A stretch of 64,000 nt of DNA from Escherichia coli (GCF_003334305.1 NZ_QOWS01000018.1), one strand, 5' to 3'; shown: positions 12,175 to 25,839, numbered from the stretch's first letter. Made by a program: numbers and translations. The notes: generated by a model from the letters alone, not told the origin.

Positions 12175-12205
12175 CCCCGGAAGGCAAAAACCTTCCGGGG
12201 ATTCG
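12175..12205. terminator. Bidirectional terminator between yccU and hspQ
   Basis: Hairpin CCCCGGAAGG-CAAAAA-CCTTCCGGGG flanked by A-run and T-rich tail. Confidence 0.8.
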
Positions 12206-12213
12206 TTCAGGGA

Positions 12214-12588
<375 letters not shown>

Positions 12589-13779
12589 TTACATGACGCG
12601 ACAGGCAAACCCTTTCAGATATAGCCCTTCCGGGTAGGTAGCGATCACCGGATGATCGGCTGCCTGACGGAACTGCTCTATAAATTGTACATCACGGCCG
12701 GCATCAATTGCGGCATCCGCGATGATTTTCTGAAATAAATCGCTGGTCATCAGACCGGAACAGGAGAAAGTCAGGAGAATACCGCCTTCATTCAGCAACT
12801 GAATCGCCAGCATGTTGATATCTTTATAGCCACGACACGCGCCCATCAACTGGCTTTTATTCTCAACAAACTTCGGCGGGTCCATCACGATAACGTCAAA
12901 TTTTTCACCGCGATCGCGATAAGTACGCAGCAATTTAAAGACATCATCACGGACAAACTCAGCCTTGCTCAGATCCAGTTTGTTCAGCTCAACGTTCTGC
13001 CGTGCAATATCCAGCGCTTCCTGGGAGGTATCAACGCTGACAACCTGGCTGCAACCGCCCATCAGTGCCGATACGGCGAAACCACCGGTATAGGAGAAAC
13101 AGTTCAGCACACGTTTATTTTCAACGTAGCGGCGGGTAGCCAGGCGGCTATCACGCTGGTCCAGGTAGTAGCCCGTTTTGTGTCCGTGCTGAATATCCAC
13201 CAGCAGTTTCATGCCGTGTTCTTCAATCGGCAGCAGGGCAGGTGGCAACTCGCCGGTGACGAGGCCCTGGGTCAGCTCCATCCCTTCTTTTTTACGTACC
13301 GCAACATCGCTGCGATCGTAAATCGCACATTCCGGGTACAGCGTTTGCAGGGCACTAATTAATGCCGCGCGCTGATATTCTGCGCCAGCACTCAGCAGTT
13401 GCAGCACCAGAAAATTACCGAAACGATCGATAGTAATACCCGGCAGGCCATCAGATTCTCCGGCGATTAAACGATAGCTGTCGAGGCCATCTTTTTGCGC
13501 CAGCCAGTCACGCCATTTTTGTGCTTGTTGCAAACGGCGGGAAAAAAAAGCAATGTCGATAGACTCAGACGGGTCAAACGTCCAGACGCGCGCCCGGATT
13601 TGCGAAGCTGGTGAATAAGCGCCGCGTGCTAACCATTTTCCCTGATGATCAACAATATCGATGGTTTCACCGAGGCTGGCTTTACCTTCCATGCGGGCAA
13701 CGGCCCCGGAAAAGACCCACGGATGGCGACGAAGTAATGATTTTTCGCGCCCTTTGGCTAACACTAAACGTACACTCAT
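12589..13779 (-). CDS. rlmI: 23S rRNA m5C1962 methyltransferase RlmI (396 aa)
   Basis: Track ORF 12589..13779; SAM-MTase fold motif [11 protein letters not shown]. Confidence 0.93.
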   Translation of the reverse strand: MSVRLVLAKGREKSLLRRHPWVFSGAVARMEGKASLGETIDIVDHQGKWLARGAYSPASQIRARVWTFDPSESIDIAFFSRRLQQAQKWRDWLAQKDGLDSYRLIAGESDGLPGITIDRFGNFLVLQLLSAGAEYQRAALISALQTLYPECAIYDRSDVAVRKKEGMELTQGLVTGELPPALLPIEEHGMKLLVDIQHGHKTGYYLDQRDSRLATRRYVENKRVLNCFSYTGGFAVSALMGGCSQVVSVDTSQEALDIARQNVELNKLDLSKAEFVRDDVFKLLRTYRDRGEKFDVIVMDPPKFVENKSQLMGACRGYKDINMLAIQLLNEGGILLTFSCSGLMTSDLFQKIIADAAIDAGRDVQFIEQFRQAADHPVIATYPEGLYLKGFACRVM

Positions 13780-13873
13780 AATTTACTTTTCTGTCGATGC
13801 AAAGAAATGGGCGTCATTGTCCGGAGTTTTCCATGGATTTGCAACGCGTCCATTAAGGATAAGGAGAGCAGCA

Positions 13874-14152
13874 ATGTCGAAAGTCTGCATAATTGCCTGG
13901 GTTTACGGGCGAGTTCAGGGCGTAGGATTTCGCTACACCACACAGTATGAAGCGAAAAGACTGGGTTTAACCGGGTACGCCAAAAATCTTGACGATGGCA
14001 GCGTGGAAGTGGTTGCCTGCGGTGAAGAAGGGCAGGTGGAAAAATTAATGCAGTGGTTAAAGAGTGGCGGCCCGCGTTCTGCGCGTGTGGAACGGGTGCT
14101 TAGCGAGCCGCATCATCCCTCGGGGGAATTAGCCGATTTTCGTATCCGTTAA
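13874..14152 (+). CDS. yccX: Acylphosphatase YccX (92 aa)
   Basis: Track ORF 13661..14152; start [20 protein letters not shown] at 13874 after AAGGAGAG. Confidence 0.92.
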
Positions 14153-14478
14153 ATACATTTTACCGGTTTTGGCAGGCCAGCAATTTTGGTGGCTTGCTTA
14201 GCCGGACCTTTCGGAAACAGTCGATATAAATAGCGGCTGTTACCTTTTTCTTCGCCAAATTTATTCGCCATCGCTTTTACCAGCATACGAATCGCCGGAG
14301 AAGTATTGAATTCCAGATAGAAATCACGCACAAAACGCACCACTTCCCAGTGTTCTGGCGACAGCGAAATCCCTTCGTTCTCTGCAATCACCACAGCCAG
14401 CGGCTCACTCCACTGGCTGCTTTCTTTGAGATAGCCTTCGGTATCCGTTTCTATCTCTTTACCTTCGAAGATCAGCAT
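14149..14478 (-). CDS. tusE: Sulfur-transfer protein TusE (109 aa)
   Basis: Track ORF 14149..14535; start [12 protein letters not shown]. Confidence 0.92.
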
Positions 14479-14568
14479 AATTATTACTACCTTAATCAGA
14501 CTGGCGGCAGTGTAACAAAAAACAAAGCCCCGCATAAAGCGAGGCTATGAAAGTGTTAGCGGGTGAGA

Positions 14569-15228
14569 TTAATCGCGGCTAGCGAAGCCCAGAATGCTCA
14601 GCAGGCTGACGAAGATGTTGTACAGCGAAACATACAGGCTAACCGTGGCACGAATATAGTTCGTCTCACCGCCATGAATGATGTTGCTGGTTTCAAACAA
14701 GATAGCGCCAGAGGAGATCAGAATGAAGACCGCGCTGATCGCCAGATGCAGAGCAGGCAGTTGCAGGAAGATATTAGCAACCATACCAATCAGCACCACC
14801 ACAATACCCGCCATCAGCATACCGCCGAGGAACGACATATCTTTGCGGGTGGTCAGCACATATGCAGAGCAGCAGAAGAACACTAACGCCGTTCCGCCCA
14901 GTGCCATAGCGATTACGTCACCCATTCCGGCAGACAGATAGGTGTTCAGAATAGGTCCGAGGATATAACCCAGAAAACCGGTAAAGGCGAATGCGGAGAT
15001 AATCCCGGTCGGCTTATTCGCCGTTTTATAGGTCAGGAACATCAAACCATACATACCCACCAGCGTCAGAATCAGACCCGGAGATGGCAGCATCAGCACC
15101 GTACTGGCAGTTGCGGTAATCGCCGAAAAGGCCAGCGTCAGGCTCAGCAGAAAATAGGTATTACGCAGCACCTTATGGGTGCTAAGCAGTGATGTACGGT
15201 CATGTGAAGAACTAACAATACGATCCAT
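14569..15228 (-). CDS. yccA: FtsH modulator YccA, BAX-inhibitor family membrane protein (219 aa)
   Basis: Track ORF 14569..15228; seven hydrophobic segments. Confidence 0.93.
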   Translation of the reverse strand: MDRIVSSSHDRTSLLSTHKVLRNTYFLLSLTLAFSAITATASTVLMLPSPGLILTLVGMYGLMFLTYKTANKPTGIISAFAFTGFLGYILGPILNTYLSAGMGDVIAMALGGTALVFFCCSAYVLTTRKDMSFLGGMLMAGIVVVLIGMVANIFLQLPALHLAISAVFILISSGAILFETSNIIHGGETNYIRATVSLYVSLYNIFVSLLSILGFASRD

Positions 15229-15434
15229 TGAGTCACTCTCTATGACAGATGTAATTAATTAAGCAGCATAATGATAATGCGTAAGGGCACCCAGAAGTTT
15301 TACCCATCTTTACGCATTTGATCTGGAACAGGTTTAACAGCGGATTATCAGGTCATTAAGCAAATATAACGCCCTGAGAATTTCGACAGGCAAAAGAAAA
15401 AGGGGTTAGCATTTAGCTAACCCCTTATCTTATT

Positions 15435-15522
15435 TGGCGGAAGCGCAGAGATTCGAACTCTGGAACCCTTTCGGGTCGCCGGTTTTCAAGACCGGTGCCT
15501 TCAACCGCTCGGCCACACTTCC
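15435..15522 (-). tRNA. serT: tRNA-Ser (anticodon UGA), 88 nt
   Basis: Reverse complement reads GGAAGTGTGGCCGAGCGGTTGAAGGCACCGGTCTTGAAAACCGGCGACCCGAAAGGGTTCCAGAGTTCGAATCTCTGCGCTTCCGCCA; long variable arm; between yccA and hyaA as in K-12. Confidence 0.95.
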
Positions 15523-15948
15523 GGAATGACGCGCACTATAAACATCCCGATGCGGCGTGTAAACCCCTAATTTGTTTGTTTGCCTGAAAAACAGCCAAAA
15601 GTGCATTGATAGCGTGAAATAACAGCAGATTGATCATTTCATCACCATGAATTCCTTCTCTTTTACTCGTTTAGCAACCGGCTAAACATCCCCACCGCCC
15701 GGCCAAAAGAAAAATAGGTCCATTTTTATCGCTAAAAGATAAATCCACACAGTTTGTATTGTTTTGTGCAAAAGTTTCACTACGCTTTATTAACAATACT
15801 TTCTGGCGACGTGTGCCAGTGCAGAAGGATGAGCTTTCGTTTTCAGCATCTCACGTGAAGCGATGGTTTGCCTTGCTACAGGGACGTCGCTTGCCGACCA
15901 TGTGCGCCCGGTGTCCTGCCGGTGTCGCAAGGAGAAGAGACGTGCGAT

Positions 15949-17067
15949 ATGAATAACGAGGAAACATTTTACCAGGCCATGCGGCGTCAGGGCGTTACCC
16001 GGCGCAGCTTTCTCAAATATTGTAGTCTGGCTGCCACGTCGCTGGGATTAGGCGCGGGAATGGCACCAAAGATTGCCTGGGCGCTGGAGAACAAACCCCG
16101 CATTCCGGTGGTATGGATCCACGGTCTGGAATGCACCTGCTGTACCGAATCTTTTATCCGCTCCGCTCACCCACTGGCGAAGGACGTCATCCTTTCCCTG
16201 ATTTCCCTCGATTACGACGATACTTTGATGGCTGCCGCCGGAACCCAGGCGGAAGAAGTCTTTGAAGACATCATCGCGCAATACAATGGCAAATATATCC
16301 TCGCAGTAGAAGGTAATCCGCCGCTGGGCGAGCAGGGGATGTTCTGTATCAGCAGCGGTCGACCGTTTATTGAGAAACTCAAACGTGCCGCTGCCGGAGC
16401 CAGCGCGATTATCGCCTGGGGAACCTGCGCGTCCTGGGGCTGCGTGCAGGCCGCGCGGCCCAATCCGACGCAGGCAACGCCTATCGACAAAGTCATCACC
16501 GACAAACCCATTATCAAAGTACCTGGCTGCCCGCCGATCCCGGATGTGATGAGCGCCATCATTACTTACATGGTGACCTTTGATCGCTTGCCAGATGTCG
16601 ACAGAATGGGCCGTCCATTGATGTTCTATGGTCAGCGAATCCACGATAAATGCTATCGCCGCGCCCACTTCGACGCCGGAGAGTTCGTCCAGAGTTGGGA
16701 TGATGACGCTGCCCGCAAAGGTTACTGCCTGTACAAAATGGGTTGCAAAGGGCCAACCACCTATAACGCCTGTTCCTCCACCCGCTGGAATGATGGCGTT
16801 TCTTTCCCAATCCAGTCTGGTCACGGCTGCCTGGGCTGTGCGGAAAATGGTTTCTGGGATCGAGGTTCGTTCTACAGCCGCGTGGTCGATATTCCGCAAA
16901 TGGGTACCCATTCCACCGCCGATACCGTCGGTTTAACCGCACTTGGCGTGGTGGCAGCGGCTGTTGGTGTGCACGCAGTCGCCAGCGCCGTTGACCAGCG
17001 CAGACGCCATAACCAGCAACCTACAGAAACCGAACATCAGCCAGGCAATGAGGATAAACAGGCATGA
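15949..17067 (+). CDS. hyaA: Hydrogenase-1 small subunit HyaA (372 aa), Tat signal peptide
   Basis: Track ORF 15868..17067; start [23 protein letters not shown] at 15949. Confidence 0.96.
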   Translation: MNNEETFYQAMRRQGVTRRSFLKYCSLAATSLGLGAGMAPKIAWALENKPRIPVVWIHGLECTCCTESFIRSAHPLAKDVILSLISLDYDDTLMAAAGTQAEEVFEDIIAQYNGKYILAVEGNPPLGEQGMFCISSGRPFIEKLKRAAAGASAIIAWGTCASWGCVQAARPNPTQATPIDKVITDKPIIKVPGCPPIPDVMSAIITYMVTFDRLPDVDRMGRPLMFYGQRIHDKCYRRAHFDAGEFVQSWDDDAARKGYCLYKMGCKGPTTYNACSSTRWNDGVSFPIQSGHGCLGCAENGFWDRGSFYSRVVDIPQMGTHSTADTVGLTALGVVAAAVGVHAVASAVDQRRRHNQQPTETEHQPGNEDKQA

Positions 17068-18857
17068 GCACTCAGTACGAAACTCAGGGATACACCATCA
17101 ATAATGCCGGACGCCGCCTGGTGGTTGACCCGATTACGCGCATCGAAGGCCACATGCGCTGCGAAGTGAATATTAACGATCAGAATGTGATCACCAATGC
17201 CGTTTCCTGCGGCACCATGTTTCGCGGGCTGGAGATCATCCTGCAAGGGCGCGACCCGCGCGATGCGTGGGCGTTCGTTGAACGTATCTGCGGCGTCTGT
17301 ACTGGCGTACATGCCCTGGCTTCAGTTTACGCCATCGAAGATGCCATCGGTATTAAAGTGCCGGACAACGCCAATATCATCCGTAACATTATGCTGGCAA
17401 CGCTCTGGTGCCACGATCACCTGGTGCACTTCTATCAGCTTGCCGGGATGGACTGGATCGATGTGTTAGATGCGCTGAAAGCCGACCCGCGGAAAACCTC
17501 CGAACTGGCGCAAAGTCTCTCCTCATGGCCGAAATCATCCCCTGGCTATTTCTTCGACGTACAAAATCGCCTGAAGAAATTCGTTGAAGGCGGGCAGTTG
17601 GGGATCTTCCGCAATGGCTACTGGGGGCACCCGCAGTACAAACTGCCGCCAGAAGCTAACCTGATGGGCTTTGCCCACTACCTCGAAGCTCTCGATTTCC
17701 AGCGTGAAATTGTGAAAATCCACGCGGTCTTTGGCGGTAAAAACCCGCATCCAAACTGGATTGTCGGCGGGATGCCTTGCGCCATTAACATTGACGAAAG
17801 CGGCGCGGTCGGGGCGGTCAATATGGAACGCCTGAACCTGGTGCAGTCGATTATCACCCGCACGGCAGACTTCATTAACAACGTGATGATCCCCGACGCC
17901 TTAGCCATCGGTCAGTTCAACAAACCGTGGAGCGAAATCGGCACGGGTCTTTCTGATAAATGTGTCCTCAGCTACGGCGCATTCCCGGATATTGCCAACG
18001 ACTTTGGTGAGAAAAGTCTGCTGATGCCTGGCGGCGCGGTGATTAACGGCGACTTCAACAATGTGCTGCCAGTGGATTTGGTTGATCCGCAGCAGGTGCA
18101 GGAGTTTGTCGATCACGCCTGGTATCGTTATCCCAACGATCAGGTCGGGCGTCATCCATTCGATGGCATTACCGACCCGTGGTACAACCCCGGCGATGTC
18201 AAAGGCAGCGATACCAACATTCAGCAACTGAATGAACAGGAACGCTACTCGTGGATCAAAGCGCCACGCTGGCGCGGTAACGCGATGGAAGTGGGGCCGC
18301 TGGCACGCACGTTAATCGCTTATCACAAAGGCGATGCTGCGACCGTTGAGTCGGTCGATCGCATGATGTCGGCGTTGAACCTGCCGCTTTCCGGTATCCA
18401 GTCAACGTTAGGCCGCATTTTGTGCCGCGCGCACGAAGCGCAGTGGGCCGCAGGTAAGTTGCAGTATTTCTTCGACAAGCTGATGACCAACCTGAAAAAC
18501 GGCAATCTCGCCACTGCTTCCACGGAAAAATGGGAACCTGCAACCTGGCCGACAGAGTGCCGTGGTGTCGGTTTTACCGAAGCGCCGCGCGGGGCGTTAG
18601 GCCACTGGGCCGCCATTCGCGATGGCAAGATTGATCTCTATCAGTGCGTGGTGCCGACCACCTGGAACGCCAGCCCGCGCGATCCCAAAGGGCAGATTGG
18701 CGCTTATGAAGCGGCGCTGATGAACACCAAAATGGCGATCCCCGAGCAACCGCTGGAGATCCTGCGTACTCTGCACAGCTTTGACCCGTGCCTCGCCTGT
18801 TCAACACACGTGCTGGGCGACGACGGTAGCGAGCTGATCTCCGTGCAGGTGCGTTAA
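17064..18857 (+). CDS. hyaB: Hydrogenase-1 large subunit HyaB (597 aa)
   Basis: Track ORF 17064..18857; NiFe-binding CxxC motifs at both ends. Confidence 0.96.
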   Translation: MSTQYETQGYTINNAGRRLVVDPITRIEGHMRCEVNINDQNVITNAVSCGTMFRGLEIILQGRDPRDAWAFVERICGVCTGVHALASVYAIEDAIGIKVPDNANIIRNIMLATLWCHDHLVHFYQLAGMDWIDVLDALKADPRKTSELAQSLSSWPKSSPGYFFDVQNRLKKFVEGGQLGIFRNGYWGHPQYKLPPEANLMGFAHYLEALDFQREIVKIHAVFGGKNPHPNWIVGGMPCAINIDESGAVGAVNMERLNLVQSIITRTADFINNVMIPDALAIGQFNKPWSEIGTGLSDKCVLSYGAFPDIANDFGEKSLLMPGGAVINGDFNNVLPVDLVDPQQVQEFVDHAWYRYPNDQVGRHPFDGITDPWYNPGDVKGSDTNIQQLNEQERYSWIKAPRWRGNAMEVGPLARTLIAYHKGDAATVESVDRMMSALNLPLSGIQSTLGRILCRAHEAQWAAGKLQYFFDKLMTNLKNGNLATASTEKWEPATWPTECRGVGFTEAPRGALGHWAAIRDGKIDLYQCVVPTTWNASPRDPKGQIGAYEAALMNTKMAIPEQPLEILRTLHSFDPCLACSTHVLGDDGSELISVQVR

Positions 18858-18875
18858 CAGCGAAGGAGAATCATC

Positions 18876-19583
18876 ATGCAACAGAAAAGCGACAACGTTG
18901 TCAGCCACTATGTCTTTGAAGCGCCAGTCCGCATCTGGCACTGGTTGACGGTGTTATGCATGGCGGTGTTGATGGTCACCGGATACTTTATCGGCAAGCC
19001 GCTACCTTCCGTCAGCGGCGAGGCGACGTATCTGTTCTATATGGGCTACATCAGGTTAATTCACTTCAGCGCCGGGATGGTTTTTACCGTGGTTTTGCTG
19101 ATGCGGATCTACTGGGCTTTTGTTGGCAATCGATACTCCCGCGAGCTGTTTATCGTGCCGGTATGGCGTAAAAGCTGGTGGCAGGGCGTGTGGTATGAAA
19201 TCCGCTGGTATCTGTTTCTGGCAAAACGTCCGAGTGCCGATATAGGCCATAATCCCATCGCCCAGGCGGCGATGTTCGGCTATTTCCTGATGTCGGTCTT
19301 TATGATCATCACTGGTTTTGCGCTGTACAGCGAACACAGCCAGTACGCTATTTTTGCGCCGTTCCGTTATGTGGTGGAATTTTTCTACTGGACGGGTGGC
19401 AACTCAATGGACATTCACAGCTGGCATCGGCTGGGGATGTGGCTGATTGGCGCGTTTGTGATCGGTCATGTCTACATGGCACTGCGTGAAGACATCATGT
19501 CCGACGACACGGTGATCTCCACCATGGTCAACGGCTACCGTAGCCACAAATTTGGCAAAATAAGTAACAAGGAGCGTTCATGA
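18876..19583 (+). CDS. hyaC: Hydrogenase-1 cytochrome b subunit HyaC (235 aa)
   Basis: Track ORF 18876..19583; membrane protein. Confidence 0.95.
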
Positions 19584-20167
19584 GCGAGCAACGCGTGGTG
19601 GTCATGGGGCTGGGCAACCTGCTGTGGGCCGATGAAGGCTTCGGCGTGCGGGTGGCGGAACGGCTGTATGCCCATTACCACTGGCCCGAGTATGTGGAGA
19701 TTGTCGATGGCGGTACTCAGGGACTGAACTTGCTGGGGTATGTCGAAAGCGCCAGCCATCTGTTGATTCTCGATGCCATTGACTACGGGCTGGAACCTGG
19801 AACGCTGCGAACCTATGCCGGAGAACGCATTCCGGCTTATCTCAGCGCGAAGAAAATGAGCCTGCATCAGAACAGTTTCTCCGAAGTGTTGGCGCTGGCG
19901 GATATCCGCGGACATCTGCCAGCACATATTGCCCTCGTCGGTCTGCAACCCGCAATGCTCGACGACTACGGCGGTAGCCTGAGCGAACTGGCACGGGAGC
20001 AACTGCCCGCTGCGGAACAGGCGGCGCTGGCGCAGCTGGCTGCGTGGGGAATTGTGCCGCAACCGGCTAATGAATCGCGCTGTCTCAATTATGACTGTCT
20101 GTCGATGGAAAATTACGAAGGCGTTCGCTTGCGCCAGTACCGGATGACACAGGAGGAGCAGGGATGA
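19580..20167 (+). CDS. hyaD: Hydrogenase-1 maturation protease HyaD (195 aa)
   Basis: Track ORF 19580..20167. Confidence 0.95.
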
Positions 20168-20562
20168 GCAACGACACGCCATTTGATGCGTTGTGGCAAC
20201 GAATGCTGGCGCGCGGCTGGACGCCAGTCAGTGAATCCCGTCTTGACGACTGGCTTACGCAAGCGCCAGACGGCGTGGTGTTATTAAGCAGTGACCCGAA
20301 ACGCACGCCAGAGGTCAGCGATAATCCGGTAATGATTGGCGAATTACTGCGCGAGTTTCCCGACTATACATGGCAGGTGGCGATTGCTGACCTTGAGCAG
20401 AGCGAAGCCATCGGCGATCGCTTTGGCGTCTTTCGCTTTCCTGCCACTTTAGTGTTTACCGGCGGAAACTATCGCGGCGTGCTGAATGGTATTCACCCGT
20501 GGGCGGAACTGATAAACCTGATGCGCGGGCTTGTCGAATCGCAGCAGGAGCGTGCCTCATGA
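20164..20562 (+). CDS. hyaE: Hydrogenase-1 operon protein HyaE (132 aa)
   Basis: Track ORF 20164..20562. Confidence 0.94.
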
Positions 20563-21416
20563 GCGAAACTTTTTTCCATCTGCTGGGGCCAGGAACGCAA
20601 CCGAACGATGACAGTTTCAGCATGAATCCACTGCCGATCACCTGTCAGGTGAATGATGAACCGAGTATGGCGGCCCTGGAGCAATGTGCTCACAGCCCGC
20701 AGGTGATTGCGCTGTTAAACGAGTTACAACATCAACTAAGCGAACGCCAACCGCCGTTGGGCGAGGTGCTGGCAGTCGATCTGTTAAATCTCAACGCCGA
20801 CGATCGTCACTTTATCAATACGCTTCTCGGGGAAGGGGAAGTGTCAGTGCGCATTCAGCAGGCTGACGACAGTGAAAGTGAAATACAGGAGGCGATCTTC
20901 TGCGGATTATGGCGGGTGCGCAGACGTCGCGGCGAAAAGTTGCTGGAGGACAAACTGGAGGCTGGCTGCGCGCCGCTGGCGTTGTGGCAGGCGGCAACGC
21001 AAAATCTCTTGCCGACAGATTCGCTGTTACCGCCGCCCATTGATGGCCTGATGAATAGCCTACCGTTGGCGCATGAGTTACTGGCACATGTACGTAACCC
21101 CGACGCGCAGCCGCACAGCATTAATCTGACGCAATTACCCATCAGCGAGGCTGATCGGCTTTTTCTCTCACGTCTCTGTGGGCCGGGAAATATTCAGATT
21201 CGTACCATTGGCTATGGCGAGAGCTATATCAACGCCACGGGGTTACGCCATGTCTGGCATTTACGCTGTACGGACACCTTAAAAGGCCCGTTACTGGAAA
21301 GTTATGAAATCAGCCCAATACCGGAAGTGGTGCTGGCAGCGCCAGAAGATTTGGTCGACTCTGCGCAGCGGCTTAGCGAGGTATGTCAGTGGCTGGCGGA
21401 AGCTGCACCGACGTAA
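20559..21416 (+). CDS. hyaF: Hydrogenase-1 operon protein HyaF (285 aa)
   Basis: Track ORF 20499..21416; start [10 protein letters not shown] at 20559 overlapping hyaE stop. Confidence 0.94.
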   Translation: MSETFFHLLGPGTQPNDDSFSMNPLPITCQVNDEPSMAALEQCAHSPQVIALLNELQHQLSERQPPLGEVLAVDLLNLNADDRHFINTLLGEGEVSVRIQQADDSESEIQEAIFCGLWRVRRRRGEKLLEDKLEAGCAPLALWQAATQNLLPTDSLLPPPIDGLMNSLPLAHELLAHVRNPDAQPHSINLTQLPISEADRLFLSRLCGPGNIQIRTIGYGESYINATGLRHVWHLRCTDTLKGPLLESYEISPIPEVVLAAPEDLVDSAQRLSEVCQWLAEAAPT

Positions 21417-21549
21417 AAAGACGGTAAGTATCGCTTTCAGTCTTATGAATATCGCAATCGGCGAATACCTCTGGTCGTAGAGTTTCAGGATAAAGAGGGA
21501 GATCTACCATTATCGGGTTATTTTTCTCTCTTCGCCTACAGGAGTGCGC

Positions 21550-23094
21550 ATGTGGGATGTCATTGATTTATCGCGCTGGCAGTTTGCTCTGACCGCGCTG
21601 TATCACTTTTTATTTGTACCCCTTACCCTGGGGCTGATTTTTTTGCTGGCTATCATGGAAACCATTTACGTGGTCACCGGCAAAACAATCTACCGCGATA
21701 TGACGCGCTTCTGGGGTAAGCTCTTCGGTATCAATTTTGCTCTTGGCGTGGCTACCGGCCTGACCATGGAGTTTCAGTTTGGTACTAACTGGTCATTCTA
21801 TTCCAACTATGTGGGCGATATTTTTGGCGCACCACTGGCGATGGAAGCATTAATGGCCTTCTTCCTCGAATCCACCTTTGTCGGGCTGTTCTTCTTCGGC
21901 TGGCAGCGGCTGAATAAATACCAGCACCTGCTGGTGACGTGGCTGGTGGCGTTCGGTTCAAATCTCTCTGCATTGTGGATATTGAATGCCAACGGTTGGA
22001 TGCAATACCCGACCGGTGCGCATTTTGATATCGACACCCTGCGTATGGAGATGACCAGCTTCAGCGAGCTGGTCTTTAACCCGGTCAGCCAGGTGAAATT
22101 TGTGCACACCGTAATGGCGGGCTACGTGACCGGGGCCATGTTTATTATGGCGATCAGCGCCTGGTATTTACTGCGCGGACGGGAGCGCGATGTCGCATTA
22201 CGTTCGTTTGCCATCGGTTCCGTCTTCGGTACTCTGGCGATTATCGGTACCCTGCAACTCGGAGACAGTTCTGCGTATGAAGTCGCGCAAGTACAACCGG
22301 TAAAACTGGCGGCGATGGAAGGGGAGTGGCAAACGGAACCTGCACCTGCACCGTTCCATGTGGTTGCCTGGCCGGAACAGGATCAAGAGCGTAACGCCTT
22401 TGCCATCAAAATTCCCGCGCTGCTAGGGATCCTCGCCACTCACTCATTAGATAAACCCGTGCCGGGTCTGAAGAATTTGATGGCTGAAACCTACCCACGC
22501 TTGCAACGCGGACGTATGGCCTGGCTGTTAATGCAGGAAATATCGCAAGGCAATCGTGAGCCGCATGTGTTGCAGGCATTCCGGGAACTGGAAGGTGACC
22601 TGGGCTACGGCATGTTGCTCTCCCGCTATGCGCCGGATATGAATCATGTCACAGCCGCACAGTACCAGGCGGCGATGCGTGGCGCGATACCTCAGGTTGC
22701 GCCGGTATTCTGGAGTTTCCGCATCATGGTGGGCTGTGGTTCCCTGCTGCTACTGGTGATGCTGATTGCGCTTGTCCAGACGCTGCGTGGCAAAATCGAC
22801 CAGCATCGCTGGGTGCTGAAAATGGCGCTCTGGAGTTTGCCGTTGCCGTGGATTGCGATTGAAGCCGGGTGGTTTATGACCGAGTTTGGTCGTCAGCCGT
22901 GGGCGATACAGGACATCTTACCGACATACTCCGCGCACTCCGCTTTAACCACAGGACAACTGGCTTTCTCACTGATCATGATCGTAGGGCTTTACACCCT
23001 GTTCTTAATCGCCGAAGTCTACCTGATGCAGAAATATGCCCGTCTGGGGCCGAGCGCGATGCAGAGTGAACAACCGACGCAGCAACAGGGGTAA
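21550..23094 (+). CDS. appC: Cytochrome bd-II oxidase subunit I (514 aa)
   Basis: Track ORF 21544..23094; start [14 protein letters not shown] at 21550 with AGGAG upstream. Confidence 0.95.
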
Positions 23095-23105
23095 AGGAGA
23101 AAATC

Positions 23106-24242
23106 ATGTTTGATTATGAAACATTGCGCTTCATCTGGTGGCTGCTGATTGGCGTGATCCTGGTGGTCTTTATGATCTCCGACGGATTTGACATGGGGAT
23201 CGGCTGTCTGCTGCCGCTGGTGGCGCGTAATGATGATGAACGCCGGATAGTGATAAACAGCGTTGGTGCACACTGGGAAGGCAACCAGGTCTGGTTGATC
23301 CTCGCTGGTGGGGCATTATTTGCCGCCTGGCCCAGAGTGTATGCAGCGGCGTTTTCCGGCTTTTATGTGGCGATGATCCTGGTGCTGTGCTCACTGTTCT
23401 TCCGCCCGCTGGCCTTTGATTATCGCGGAAAAATCGCCGATGCACGCTGGCGTAAAATGTGGGACGCCGGTCTGGTCATCGGCAGTCTGGTGCCGCCGGT
23501 AGTCTTCGGTATCGCCTTCGGCAACTTGTTGCTCGGCGTGCCGTTTGCCTTCACACCGCAATTACGCGTGGAGTATCTTGGCAGCTTCTGGCAACTGCTG
23601 ACGCCATTCCCTTTATTGTGCGGATTGCTCAGCCTTGGGATGGTGATTTTGCAAGGTGGCGTCTGGTTACAACTGAAAACTGTTGGTGTGATTCATCTGC
23701 GTTCACAGCTGGCCACCAAACGCGCTGCACTGTTGGTGATGCTGTGCTTTTTGCTGGCGGGTTACTGGCTGTGGGTCGGTATTGATGGCTTTGTACTGCT
23801 CGCCCAGGATGCTAACGGTCCTTCCAATCCGTTAATGAAACTGGTGGCAGTGCTACCTGGTGCCTGGATGAATAATTTCGTCGAATCGCCCGTTTTGTGG
23901 ATCTTCCCGCTGCTGGGGTTCTTCTGCCCATTGCTGACGGTGATGGCGATTTATCGTGGTCGCCCGGGTTGGGGATTTTTAATGGCGTCATTGATGCAAT
24001 TTGGCGTGATTTTCACGGCAGGCATCACGCTGTTCCCCTTTGTCATGCCGTCAAGCGTGAGTCCAATCTCCAGCCTGACGTTGTGGGACAGCACTTCCAG
24101 TCAGCTGACGCTGAGCATTATGTTGGTAATCGTGCTGATATTTTTGCCCATTGTGTTGCTCTACACTCTCTGGAGCTACTACAAAATGTGGGGACGCATG
24201 ACAACAGAAACTCTCCGCCGTAACGAAAACGAGTTGTACTAA
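23106..24242 (+). CDS. appB: Cytochrome bd-II oxidase subunit II (378 aa)
   Basis: Track ORF 23106..24242. Confidence 0.95.
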
Positions 24243-24254
24243 GGAGCAGGAACA

Positions 24255-24347
24255 ATGTGGTATTTACTTTGGTTCGTCGGCATTTTGTTGATGTGTTCGC
24301 TCTCCACCCTTGTGTTGGTATGGCTGGACCCGCGTCTGAAAAGTTAA
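24255..24347 (+). CDS. appX: Cytochrome bd-II accessory small subunit AppX (30 aa)
   Basis: Not in track (too short); ATG at 24255 after AAGGAGCAGG; MWYLLWFVGILLMCSLSTLVLVWLDPRLKS. Confidence 0.85.
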   Translation: MWYLLWFVGILLMCSLSTLVLVWLDPRLKS

Positions 24348-24352
24348 CGAAC

Positions 24353-24389
24353 GTAGGCCTGATGCGGCGCATTAGCATCGCATCAGGCA
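24353..24389. repeat. REP-type palindromic element between appX and appA
   Basis: GTAGGCCTGATGCGGCGCATTAGCATCGCATCAGGCA. Confidence 0.7.
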
Positions 24390-24426
24390 ATCAATAATGT
24401 CAGATATGAAAAGCGGAAACATATCG

Positions 24427-25725
24427 ATGAAAGCGATCTTAATCCCATTTTTATCTCTTCTGATTCCGTTAACCCCGCAATCTGCATTCGCTCAGAGTGA
24501 GCCGGAGCTGAAGCTGGAAAGTGTGGTGATTGTCAGTCGTCATGGTGTGCGTGCTCCAACCAAGGCCACGCAACTGATGCAGGATGTCACCCCAGACGCA
24601 TGGCCAACCTGGCCGGTAAAACTGGGTTGGCTGACACCGCGCGGTGGTGAGCTAATCGCCTATCTCGGACATTACCAACGCCAGCGTCTGGTAGCCGACG
24701 GATTGCTGGCGAAAAAGGGCTGCCCGCAGTCTGGTCAGGTCGCGATTATTGCTGATGTCGACGAGCGTACCCGTAAAACAGGCGAAGCCTTCGCCGCCGG
24801 GCTGGCACCTGACTGTGCAATAACCGTACATACCCAGGCAGATACGTCCAGTCCCGATCCGTTATTTAATCCTCTAAAAACTGGCGTTTGCCAACTGGAT
24901 AATGCGAACGTGACTGACGCGATCCTCAGCAGGGCAGGAGGGTCAATTGCTGACTTTACCGGGCATCGGCAAACGGCGTTTCGCGAACTGGAACGGGTGC
25001 TTAATTTTCCGCAATCAAACTTGTGCCTTAAACGTGAGAAACAGGACGAAAGCTGTTCATTAACGCAGGCATTACCATCGGAACTCAAGGTGAGCGCCGA
25101 CAATGTCTCATTAACCGGTGCGGTAAGCCTCGCATCAATGCTGACGGAGATATTTCTCCTGCAACAAGCACAGGGAATGCCGGAGCCGGGGTGGGGAAGG
25201 ATCACCGATTCACACCAGTGGAACACCTTGCTAAGTTTGCATAACGCGCAATTTTATTTGCTACAACGCACGCCAGAGGTTGCCCGCAGCCGCGCCACCC
25301 CGTTATTAGATTTGATCAAGACAGCGTTGACGCCCCATCCACCGCAAAAACAGGCGTATGGTGTGACATTACCCACTTCAGTGCTGTTTATCGCCGGACA
25401 CGATACTAATCTGGCAAATCTCGGCGGCGCACTGGAGCTCAACTGGACGCTTCCCGGTCAGCCGGATAACACGCCGCCAGGTGGTGAACTGGTGTTTGAA
25501 CGCTGGCGTCGGCTAAGCGATAACAGCCAGTGGATTCAGGTTTCGCTGGTCTTCCAGACTTTACAGCAGATGCGTGATAAAACGCCGCTGTCATTAAATA
25601 CGCCGCCCGGAGAGGTGAAACTGACCCTGGCAGGATGTGAAGAGCGAAATGCGCAGGGCATGTGTTCGTTGGCAGGTTTTACGCAAATCGTGAATGAAGC
25701 ACGCATACCGGCGTGCAGTTTGTAA
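24427..25725 (+). CDS. appA: Periplasmic acid phosphatase/phytase AppA (432 aa)
   Basis: Track ORF 24397..25725; start MKAILIPFLSLL; histidine acid phosphatase motif RHGVRAP. Confidence 0.95.
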   Translation: MKAILIPFLSLLIPLTPQSAFAQSEPELKLESVVIVSRHGVRAPTKATQLMQDVTPDAWPTWPVKLGWLTPRGGELIAYLGHYQRQRLVADGLLAKKGCPQSGQVAIIADVDERTRKTGEAFAAGLAPDCAITVHTQADTSSPDPLFNPLKTGVCQLDNANVTDAILSRAGGSIADFTGHRQTAFRELERVLNFPQSNLCLKREKQDESCSLTQALPSELKVSADNVSLTGAVSLASMLTEIFLLQQAQGMPEPGWGRITDSHQWNTLLSLHNAQFYLLQRTPEVARSRATPLLDLIKTALTPHPPQKQAYGVTLPTSVLFIAGHDTNLANLGGALELNWTLPGQPDNTPPGGELVFERWRRLSDNSQWIQVSLVFQTLQQMRDKTPLSLNTPPGEVKLTLAGCEERNAQGMCSLAGFTQIVNEARIPACSL

Positions 25726-25790
25726 TGCATAAAAAAGAGCATTCAGTTACCTGAATGCTCTGAGGCTGATGACAAACGAAGAACTGTCTA

Positions 25791-25830
25791 ATGCGTAGAC
25801 CGGAAAAGGCGTTCACGCCGCATCCGGCCA
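25791..25830. repeat. REP-type palindromic element between appA and etk
   Basis: ATGCGTAGACCGGAAAAGGCGTTCACGCCGCATCCGGCCA. Confidence 0.65.
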
Positions 25831-25839
25831 CTTTCAGTT

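Noticed and set aside
16048-16911. 287-aa minus-strand ORF inside hyaA, plus similar long antisense ORFs inside torA (43047..43760), ompA (2829..3629) and torS
   Set aside because: Each lies fully antisense to a well-supported conserved gene with no RBS or own promoter; typical spurious frames in GC-rich coding DNA.
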